A stretch of 63,090 bases of DNA, filler included. It is 4 parts of 4 records of this genome, joined end to end, with 100 filler letters (N's around TTAATTAATTAA, not from the genome) between each part and the next. Parts side by side here need not be neighbours in the genome. Positions count along the whole stretch, not along the records: positions 46,561 to 56,771 come from SRR20825019_2160; positions 56,872 to 63,090 come from SRR20825019_2215; 2 more parts are not named here. The stretch is one strand, 5' to 3'. Shown here in pieces: positions 50,045 to 59,814 of the stretch. The translations under genes were made by a program, and so were the position numbers. A model generated the notes under the pieces. The model did no database searches, was not told the origin of the DNA, and was given only the letters and a program-made list of their open reading frames with translations. Numbering within the stretch: position 1 is the stretch's first letter; each line of letters starts with the position of its first letter.

Positions 50045-51055
50045 CTTGGCCTCAACGACTCTCAACATCACCCGGCCCTTCGCGGGACAACTATATATCA
50101 AACGATGTTTGCAGTGGCACCGCCACAGCCCTGGTGCAGTCTTGGCCTTGTAAAAGACGCACCCGGACGGCGCGCCAGCCACGGGAACAAGGCGGCTGGT
50201 GAAGCAGCCAGGCCCAGTCCGGTGACTCGGTGCCCCAACCGGTCGAGTTGGAGCAACGGCGGGATTAACACCGGCTGAGGGGGCAGCCGAGGCCACAACA
50301 GAAGTCCCCTCCAAAAACCAACCCTCCGGCTCCCTAGGCCACACTTGGGCAATCATCACTGGTGGCGTGGCCAGGCTGACCACCGCAATGCCGTCAATTC
50401 AACCGGCCACGCATTGGAGTGGACGCGGCAGAGGCTTGCGGCTCAGGCCCGAAACCTTTTTGGCCGAGCACCGGGCGCGCGGTGCATGGCAGGAACTGGT
50501 TGTTGAGAGCTCCGATCTCGCTTGACAGTTTGTCATACAATCACCCAAAACCCCTGAAACGCAAGCGATCTAGATATTATGATTTATCTTTATTGGCTGA
50601 ACTCTCATTAGCGGTTAGAAGGCTTGTGGCACAGCAGTATTGATCATCGCGGTGGCACGGTAATCGGGGTGGCACTGCGGGACCGGATGACCGGTCGGCA
50701 CTGGGTCCGGTCGCGCCGGCGGCGCCCGCGTCATCGACCTCTGCGGCCGCGCCGCCCGGCCGAGGGCCGTGCCGGTGCAGGCCCGGCCGGGCGCGGCCCG
50801 GGCGGGCGGCGACCCCGGGTCGGCGGCTCAGCCCTGGGCGTGGTGCTCCGCTGATGTTTAGCCCGTAGGCGGGGGTTCCGGATCAGTAGGGTGGCCGTCT
50901 CCGGCACGCGGTACATCAGAGTCAGGGTCGGTGCCTCGTCCCTGACGTGTAGTGAGGTTCTCGTCCGACACGAGTCAGTCGGCCTTCACAACAGCGCCCC
51001 GTCGCTCCGTGGTTCTTTTTATACACCCGTTCCGTCGCAACAAGACTTCTGACAC

Positions 51056-52432
51056 ATGGCATACGAAGGCGAGCGCAACGCCGATTTCGAGCCCCATGGG
51101 TTCGGCGTCATCACCTACCTTTGGGGTGACGTGTATGAAGGAGAATGGCGGAATGGAAAGATGGGGCCGAGAGGCATTTACAAGTTCACCAACCAAGGCT
51201 TCTATGCTGGAGGGTTCAATGATGAGGGCAAGCGCTCCGGAGCCGGGATATTGAAGATGAAGGACGGCAGCGTGTATGAGGGTCAGTTCGAGGATGACCT
51301 CCAAGACGGTGTTGGCAGGTACACATACCCGAATGGAGACAAGTACATGGGACAGTGGGTGAGCGGTCAGCGGAGCGGGTTTGGCGTAATGAACCGGGTG
51401 AACCAGACCATCTTTGAGGGGGAGTGGCGGAATGACTCGGAGAGGCTTGGGGTGTGCTCCTATGGAAACGGTGACCTCTACAAAGGTCAGTGGTACAAGG
51501 GCAAGAGGGAGGGCAAGGGGGTCATTCGCTTCGGCAGCAAGGCGGTGTACTTCGGCGAAATGTGCCGAGGGTGCATGCACGGACAGGGGTCGCTCTCGAT
51601 GCCTGATGGGAGCCACCAGACTGGGCTGTGGAACACGGGCTGCTTCTTTCAGCAGATGGACATAGACCTCGACCTGGTAGACACGTGTGAGCAACTCATC
51701 GAGAAGGCCATGGATGTGGCGTCACTCGCTCGGAAAATGCTGAAGACGTCCCAGAACTGTGTTGATCTGGCGAAGAACATCGCACAGAAGGCGCACGACT
51801 CGGCCCTCAAGGCGGTTGTGGCCGACACGGCCCGGCAGGCCCGGGGGGTGGCGGACCAAGCGCGCCTGAAGATGAAAACCAAGATCATGTCCGCCATGGC
51901 GCGCGAGTCTGCCAAGACGGCACAGGAGTTTGTGCGGAACGTGGGCACCGAGCCTGCGAAGGAGGAGCAGGCGGAGGAGCAGCGGGCCCATCACATTGAG
52001 GACCACGGCTATGCCAATAAGTTCGGTCGGATCCTCCACGGGCAATACGCCGACACGCTGGTGGACATTCTGCAGGAATTCCCTAGGAAGGTGCAAGTGG
52101 TGATTCGCCAAGTGTCCCCCACAGCCCAGGGCGGCCGCGGGGTGGGCCAGGAGTTGTTTGTGGAGAAGAAGAATATGGCGTGCTTCTCCGACCTGCAGAG
52201 CCTGTACCGGAACGACCGCCCGTCAATCAACCTGGTGGAGGAACCGGAAGAACTGGTGCGATATCTCAAGAACCATCTGACCATCAGGCAGGCCAACGAA
52301 ATCATTGAGCACCGCAAGCGCTATGGCGAGTACACCAGCTTTGATGCGCTGCATTGTGTCAAGGGTGTGTCGAAAGAGCTGGCGCACCAAATGAGTGCCG
52401 TGTTCTGCTTGACTGCGTATGCGGAGTCGTGA
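51056..52432 (+). CDS. MORN-repeat protein with C-terminal helix-hairpin-helix domain
   Basis: About 8 YxGxW/F..G.G repeats, helical linker, IN...ANEIIEHRKRYGEYTSFDAL..VKGVS. Confidence 0.85.
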   Translation: MAYEGERNADFEPHGFGVITYLWGDVYEGEWRNGKMGPRGIYKFTNQGFYAGGFNDEGKRSGAGILKMKDGSVYEGQFEDDLQDGVGRYTYPNGDKYMGQWVSGQRSGFGVMNRVNQTIFEGEWRNDSERLGVCSYGNGDLYKGQWYKGKREGKGVIRFGSKAVYFGEMCRGCMHGQGSLSMPDGSHQTGLWNTGCFFQQMDIDLDLVDTCEQLIEKAMDVASLARKMLKTSQNCVDLAKNIAQKAHDSALKAVVADTARQARGVADQARLKMKTKIMSAMARESAKTAQEFVRNVGTEPAKEEQAEEQRAHHIEDHGYANKFGRILHGQYADTLVDILQEFPRKVQVVIRQVSPTAQGGRGVGQELFVEKKNMACFSDLQSLYRNDRPSINLVEEPEELVRYLKNHLTIRQANEIIEHRKRYGEYTSFDALHCVKGVSKELAHQMSAVFCLTAYAES

Positions 52433-52485
52433 GAATGGTGCAAGGCCAAAAATCTCAAACGAATTGCAATGGTGTCGGGACGTCT

Positions 52486-55400
52486 TTAGAAGAAGTCATC
52501 GAATGTGTTAGACTTAGCGGTGCTTGTGGAGTAGCCGACGGGTGGGTCCGTGGAGCACACGCGGTTGGCCCACATATTTGCGCACTCGGGGTGCATGAGG
52601 CGCCCTCCCCAGTATACAGCCTTGCCAGAGCCGCCCGACGCCGCGGCGAACCCTCCGCCCGAGGGTGTGGCGGGGATGAGGCACAGGCAGCACACGTCCT
52701 TCGTCTCATCATCAACGGTGATATCGGAGAAGTCAATTTCCTTCGCGGCAAGGTGACCCCCGTCGAAGTCTGTAGATACTGTTTCCCACAGGTCGTTCAC
52801 ACTGGCTACTGCCTCGTGCAGAGACTTGAGATCCTGGCAGAAGCGGGAGTGATGCGAGATGGACATTGTGATTCTTGATGCGATATGGTACACCTGGATA
52901 AGCGCGCGGAAGTACGCGAGGCCCTTGGTCGAGCGAGCAACCTGCATCCCATTAGCGACGCACCACCCCAGCAGAATAAAATCACGACTCACCTCATCAC
53001 GCACCGACGGCTTGTCCTTGATCGTCGCAAACAACTTCTTGGCTGTCTCCATCTCACTCACGCACGCCTGCAGGGCACGCTTCCACTGGTCGATGTAGGT
53101 TTTGTTATTCTTGGGAGAGAACGACAGCGCTGCCATCATGGTGCGCCGCGCCTTACGCTGCAAACTCAGTGCGTCCTCCAGATCGTTTTGAGCCAAGTCC
53201 CACAGGGATGTGCCATTGTAATCGGCAAATATGGGCGACGCCCCCTGAACTCCCTCCGCCACACACCGTGACTTCATCTCCTCCAAGGTCAAGTGCTCTG
53301 GGTCGCTCCGCATCATATTGGCAGCCTGGTGGGGCTGGATCATGCTGTTCTGCAACTGCGCGATTTCGTTCTTGAGCTTCAGAGCCTCTTCAAGCCTATC
53401 CTCGCTCTTAAGAACCAGGTACTGCGCCTCAAGCTCCTCCGTCTTCTGAATCGCGTTCACGGCCTCGTCGCACTGGATTGCCGCCTCAAACCTCTCATTG
53501 CCAATCAAATAGTCAAGAATCCGTCGGAGCCCCTCGACGTCGGTAGCAGATGAAGGCAATGATGGCGTGCTGGCGACAGACCCAGACAAGTCTGGGAGTG
53601 GATCACCCAGGCCTAGGCCCACCGGTGCAGCAGCAACAACAGGAGGCGCCTCGTCGAGGTTCAAATCCTTCTTAGGGGTCGTTGGAGAAGCGAGCTGGGC
53701 CACCCCAGCATTCCAATCGATGTCCAGCTTAAAGAGATCTTTCGGCTTGTTTTCCTCAGCCTCCGCCCCTTGTCCAGCACCTTCTAGCCCTTGCACCGCC
53801 CCATCACCAAACGCATTCGCCGCGAAGTCGTCATCAACGGCCACACTGGCAGCCGCACCAGCGTCGGCACTCCCAAAGGCATCAAACTCGTCGTCGCCGG
53901 CAGCGGTCGTTGTGACAACCGCGGGGGCCGACTGGAATGCATCAGTGCCATCCGCATCGTCAAATCCGAAGGGAGCGGACTCGCTTGCTGTGACTGGAGC
54001 GGTCGTATCGTCAGGGAACGAGAAATCATCGAGTCCCCCGGACGAAGCCTGTGCCTCCGGCACCGTGGCCGCCGCGGCGGGCGAGAAGGCCGGGCTGAAA
54101 CTAGCCTCGAATGGCTGCGCGCTCGTCGCAGTGTCAAACCCTCCAAACTCATCGCCGTCATCAGCAGCGTCGGCTTGTGAATCGACGCGGGCAGAAGCAA
54201 AGTCGGCATCCGCAAAATCATCTCCGAAGGCCGGGAGCTTCTGAGCATCGCTCGTGGCCTCGGTCGGTGCTGATGAAAAATCTGCAAAGTCGTCGACGGG
54301 TGCTGGAGCCGTTTGAGTTTTCTCCTTGCTGGCTGAATTGTCACCATCGGGGCTGGGTCCCGCGCTAAACTCGTCTCCGAACATCAGACCGCTCGCATCT
54401 ACTGCAGGGGCGGCTTGCTCACTTATAGGCGGAACACTGGCAGTGACGGGCTCCGTATTAGTGACCTCAGGGCTGAAAGCGGCCTCAAATGCAAAATCAC
54501 TTCCGGTCGCTGGTGCGGCACTGTGATCACCAAAATCACCGAAATCGTCATCATCCCCACCAGTTGCTGCCGCCGGGGCCGCGGTGGGTTCCGTAAAACC
54601 AAAGTCACTCGTGGCCTGCGCAGTCTCCGGGGCAGCCCCCTGAGAAGTGGAGAAGTCCAGGCTGTCCAAGCCGCCATTTCCGCTGCTGAATCCTGATGAC
54701 AGAGCACTGGTCAAATCTGGAGCCAGGCCGGGCGCCGCGTTTGAACTGCCAAAGTCCAGCCCGTCAAGCCCTGCGGGTCCCTGCGCAGGTACTGCTGATA
54801 AATCCGGTGCTTGTGCTGGTACAGAGGCCGCCTCCGGGCTGAAGGAGGCTTCAAATGCAAAGGCGTCACCAGCAGGCGCACCGCCACTTGCATCGCCAAA
54901 CGCTGTGAACTCATCGTCGTGACTGGCCCCGCCAAACTGGCCGAAATCATCCCCGCCATCACCCTCGGGACCTGTAGCCTTGGCACTGTCTTCCGCCTGC
55001 TCGCTCTTTGTGTTGAAGAGGTCGTCTCCGGTAGGTGTGTCCAGTTCCTCTTCACCAAAGCCGCTGAATACGATACCACCACCTGTGGCCGGGGCCGGGG
55101 CAGGGGCAGGGGCTGCAGGCTGCAAGGTCGCGGCAGCACCTCCCGCCGGCTGGCCTGCCTGCTCTTCCCCAAATGCATTGAAGTCTCCAAAATCGTCATC
55201 GTTAGTAGGCTCCTTCGCTGCAGCTGTTGGCGATGCGGTCATGGCGCCGAGGGGCACCTTTGGTTTCTTCGCGTCCATGGAGAACTGGTCCACGAGTCCC
55301 AGGAGGGGATCCTTATTCAGGCCAGACGGATCGCCCGTCACTGCCGCAAGGGTACTCGCCTTTGCATCTACCTTCGGGGCCGCCTGCTCATCTGCTGAGC

Positions 55401-56771
55401 CGCGGCTGAGCTCGCCGCCAAGTTCACCCTCAATCAGGGCACTAGCGCTAGAACTGAACTCACTGACAATGGCATCGTTCGAGGGGCCCGGCTGGGCCTT
55501 CTTCTCCGGTGAGTCCCATCCCATCATCAGGTCTCCATCAGCTGGAGCACTGGCGATGCTAGCTGCGCCATCTTTGGGGGTGCTGTCTTTGAGTTCGGGT
55601 GTGAAGCCGCTCCCCAAAGCACTCACTTTGTTCGCTGCTGTAAACGCCCCCATCTCGTCGGCGCCGGGCACACTTGCGGCGGACGACCCAAAGTCCATGC
55701 TAACCGCCCCTGACGGACCGGTGTTGGCCACGGTTGGTGGCAATGCGACCTCGCCCCCGGAAGCACTTCCAAACGCACCAAAATCGTCGGTACCGGTCCC
55801 CGCGCCACCCATGGCTGCGTTGCCCGCGGATCCGAAGCCCACAGGCTGACCCGCCCCCAGGGCGGCTACCCCATCTCCTCCAAACGCCGGCGTGCTGGTG
55901 ACGTCTGTCGATGCCTCGTGTCCGCCAAAATCACCGAAATCGTCATCGATAGCGGCTGTATCCGCCACAGGTGCTGGCGCCGATGATGGCGCGCCCGGGA
56001 GTTCTAACTTCAGCTCGGGCTCCGCCTCCATAGTACTAGGATCCATAAATTCATCACCAAACATGGCGCCGGACCCGGGCTCAAGCGTGGGCACTGCGGG
56101 TGCCGGAGCTGGCTCGCTGCTAACAATGGATGAGGGGGCCACTACTCCGGAGTTCATCACTTCTGAGGGCGTCTGTGCCCCTGGGATGGTTTGCTGGCCT
56201 GCGGGGAACAGGGGAGCGGAGGAAGTAGGAAGCTCCCCCGGCTTTCCTGGGAACTGGCCCTGGATCTGATTGTGGTCTGTGGGCGCAGGGTCTGCATGAG
56301 ACTCGAAGTCGCCAAAGTCGTCATCATCCCCTCCGGTCGCAGCTGGCGCAGCCACGGCCGCAGTAGGCATTAGTGGGGTGGACTGTGCCACCGCTCCCGG
56401 CGGGTAGGCATAGCCGGGCTGCGATTGGACTCCCATCACACCATGAACCGGCCCCATTCCACCCGCTACTGCTCCATGCTGCGGGGCCACGCCACCATGG
56501 GGCGCCGCCACGTTGCCAGAGCTATAAGGCGACGCCTGGGTAGAGCCCGCGGGCTGCCCTGGCCGTGCCGGCGAGGCATGCACATTGACATTGCCCGATC
56601 CGTACATGGGTGGAGTGGCACCCCCAGGGGAGAAGTTGTTTTGGACTTGCTGTTGCGGGGGGTACTGCTGTCCGGGTTGGTGCATCTGTTGTTGTTGTTG
56701 GTGCATCTGTTGTTGCTGTTGGTGCATCTGTTGTTGCTGGAACTGCTGCTGCTGCTGCTGCTGCTGCTGCT
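52486..56771 (-). CDS. Synergin-gamma-like AP-1 accessory protein, 5'-truncated
   Basis: Many DDFGDF/DEFGGF motifs in an acidic low-complexity region; C-terminal CCLCL...WGGRLMHPECANMWAN; probable intron 52942-52992. Confidence 0.75.
56673..56771 (-). repeat. CAG/CAA polyglutamine repeat with QQQQQMH units
   Basis: (ctg)n and repeated tgcatctgttgttg on the + strand; the contig breaks inside it. Confidence 0.9.
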
Positions 56772-56871
56772 NNNNNNNNNNNNNNNNNNNNNNNNNNNNN
56801 NNNNNNNNNNNNNNNTTAATTAATTAANNNNNNNNNNNNNNNNNNNNNNNNNNNNNNNNNNNNNNNNNNNN
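56772..56871. other. Artificial contig spacer
   Basis: 44 N + TTAATTAATTAA + 44 N. Confidence 0.99.
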
Positions 56872-57759
56872 GATCTCCAGAATGAACGCGCCGCAGATCG
56901 TTCCCCATATCCGGCCGACCCCGCCACGAAGCGCGGTACCGCCGACGACAACGGCGGTGATGGCCTGCAACTCCCATAGCATTCCGGTCGTTGCCGAGGT
57001 GGAACCCAGCCGCGGTACGTAGAAAAGCACGGCAACAGCAACACAAACGCCCTGAATGACATAGGCGCCGATCCTGACCTTCTTAACGGAAATACCGGAG
57101 TAGCGAGCAACTTCCTCGTTCGATCCGACAGCGATAACATGACGGCCATAGCGGGTTCGGTAAAGTACGAAAGCGCCGATCAGCGCGGTCACGATAATTG
57201 CGATCAGAGGAACCGGAACACCGAGAACGGTTCCGAAATAAACCGGTCGGTAAAGCCCCTGAACATCGAAGTCCTGCACCGTGATTGCACCACCCTGCGA
57301 CAACCATGTGGTCAATCCGCGATAGATGCCCATTGTGCCAAGGGTCGCGATAAACGGTTCGATCCGCCCGACTGTCGTGATCATGCCATTGGCAAACCCG
57401 CAGGCCGCCCCGATCAGAACTGCCAGCACCATAGCCGTGACCAGCAACATCAAAGGATCACCGATAATCGCGGTGTTGATGAACATGATCATCAGGCTGG
57501 CGACAAAAGCGACCATCGAGCCGACCGAAAGGTCCAGTCCGCCTGACGAGATGACGAAGGTTGCGCCAACGGCGATAATTGCGATGAAGGCCGATCGCGT
57601 TGCAACATTCATGAGATTGGTGACGGTCAGGAAATTCGGGTTTGCGAACGCCCCAAGCACCAACAGCAGTGCCAGTGCGATGAACGGCGCCAGCATCCGG
57701 ATATCCAGTGATCGCTTCAAAGCCAAGCCGGCTGTTTTCTTGTCGGTTGACTGTATCAT
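56872..57759 (-). CDS. Sugar ABC transporter permease (RbsC-like), 3'-truncated
   Basis: GGLDLSVGS, PFIATLGTM, GSNEEVARYSGI, ELQAITAVVVGGT. Confidence 0.93.
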
Positions 57760-59294
57760 TGCACCTCTGCCAGTTTCTGCTGTTGCGTGGCTGAAACCCC
57801 TGTGGCCAGCACGACAATCTCATGTTCATTCATGTTTTCACCGGAGACTTCGCCTGCAATCTTGCCGGATTGCATCACGACGATTCGGTCTGAAATGCCG
57901 ATCAGTTCCTGCATTTCGGATGAAATGACGATGATCGAGTGACCGGCGTCGGCCAGACCTGCGATAAATTTATAGATTTGTTCCTTGTTGCCGATGTCGA
58001 TCCCGCGTGTCGGCTCATCGATGATGATAATCTCAGGATCAAGCAGCATCATTTTCGCGAGCAGCAGCTTCTGCTGGTTGCCACCGGAAAGCTCTCCGGC
58101 ATTCAGCGTTTTTGATCCGGTACGGATATCAAACTCGCTGATGGCCTTATCAAGCGCAGTACTTTCAGCGTTCCTGTCGATCTGGAAATTGCGGATAAAC
58201 TGGTCGAGGGCGGCCAGGGTCAAGTTGGTTTGCAGGTCTTTGCTTAAAAGCAGACCTTTCCCCTTGCGATCTTCACTCAGATACACAATGCCTGCCTTAA
58301 GCGCTGCAATCGGTGCCGAAAAGTGAACATCCTTACCGTGCAGCCTGACAGAACCACGGCCGGGTCGAAGGCCAAGAATACCCTCCATCAGCTCTGTGCG
58401 GCCAGCACCCACCAGCCCGGCAAACCCCAGTATCTCACCTTTCTTCAGTACAAAGGAAGCGGTTTCGACGTAATCAGGCACCTGGAAGTTTTCGACAGCC
58501 AGAACGGGCTCATCAGCGCTGATGTGAACGCGATCCGGATAGAGTTTGGAAACGTCGCGACCGACCATCAGGCGCGCCATATCTGCCGGTTCGAGCGTTT
58601 CAGCCTGATGACTTGCAACCTTACTGCCATCGCGCAGGACAGTCACGCGATCGGCAAGCGCCTTAACCTCCTGCAGGCGATGTGAGATGAACAGCACCGC
58701 AACACCACGCTCCTTAATGTTCCGGATCACTTTCAGCAGTGCCTGGGTCTCAACCGGTGTCAGGGATGCTGTCGGTTCGTCAAAGATCACGACGCGATGT
58801 GGTGTCAGCAGAACGCGGGCGATCTGAACAAGCTGACGTTTGGCGATGGAGAGCTGACTGACCGGCGTGTCCGGCGCAATATCTGCTCCAAGTTCCAGAA
58901 CGGCCTTGTGAGCAGCGGCGTTCATGGCCCGGTCATTCACGGCAATCCCACTTTGGATTTCCCGTCCGAGGAAGATATTCTGGGCGACTGTCAGATCCGG
59001 GGCCAGCAGGATTTCCTGATGGACAAGCACGATTCCGGCGGCTTCTGCCTCGGTCGGATCGGCAAAGGAGACCGGCTCGCCATGAACCTTCAGTACACCG
59101 CGGCTTGGCGGAAGGTTTCCGGCCAGAAGCCGCATCAGCGTTGATTTGCCTGCGCCGTTCTCTCCGATAATCGCGTGAATTTCTCCGGGACGTACAGCCA
59201 GATCGATGTCGTGCAAAACTTCAATCGGCCCGAAAGACCTGGAAAGTCCCTGGGCCTCAAGAATGGCAGGCGTATCGCCTTCTTCATTGTGCAT
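57756..59294 (-). CDS. Sugar ABC transporter ATP-binding protein (RbsA-like, double NBD)
   Basis: GENGAGKST, DEPT twice, LSGGNQQK; RBS GGAGG before the ATG at 59294. Confidence 0.95.
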   Translation of the reverse strand: MHNEEGDTPAILEAQGLSRSFGPIEVLHDIDLAVRPGEIHAIIGENGAGKSTLMRLLAGNLPPSRGVLKVHGEPVSFADPTEAEAAGIVLVHQEILLAPDLTVAQNIFLGREIQSGIAVNDRAMNAAAHKAVLELGADIAPDTPVSQLSIAKRQLVQIARVLLTPHRVVIFDEPTASLTPVETQALLKVIRNIKERGVAVLFISHRLQEVKALADRVTVLRDGSKVASHQAETLEPADMARLMVGRDVSKLYPDRVHISADEPVLAVENFQVPDYVETASFVLKKGEILGFAGLVGAGRTELMEGILGLRPGRGSVRLHGKDVHFSAPIAALKAGIVYLSEDRKGKGLLLSKDLQTNLTLAALDQFIRNFQIDRNAESTALDKAISEFDIRTGSKTLNAGELSGGNQQKLLLAKMMLLDPEIIIIDEPTRGIDIGNKEQIYKFIAGLADAGHSIIVISSEMQELIGISDRIVVMQSGKIAGEVSGENMNEHEIVVLATGVSATQQQKLAEVQ

Positions 59295-59814
59295 ACATGC
59301 TCCTCCCCAAGCGCATGTCAAAAGTGGTGTCGTGCCGGCCGGGCAGGTTCATATGTCTGTGCCCGACAGAGCGATAGACACATCCACTGAAACGATACAG
59401 ACGCAGACCTCGCTGCAACCTGCTTCTGCGCACAAGCATATGATGCATCGCGATGAAGGCAAGCCCGGCCTTCATGGTTACTCGTTTCCGGTAAACCTCC
59501 CCATGGCTCGGGATCTTTGATGAGCCCGGACCGTCAAACATCTCTCCTGCTCCTACCCTTGAGAGTGTGTTTGCCCGATAGGATTCAGATTAACGTCAAA
59601 TTTGATGTACGTAAACCAAAAAACACGCCGCCGGCTGTCTGCAGGCCGGTTGATGTTATTCACGTTGCCTGTGGTGCCAACTGACAGAGGAGTGGCGAAA
59701 CAAAGCAGGAGCCGATTATTTGAAAAAACTATTTCGACCTCAGCACATGACGTGTTCCAGTGTGCATGGGTTTCTTTCGTCTGAGCGCAACAGAAACAGT
59801 TTTCGGGATAGTTT

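Noticed and set aside
46561-56771. Eukaryote-to-bacterium horizontal transfer
   Set aside because: Both boundaries are artificial spacers; there is no physical linkage to bacterial DNA.
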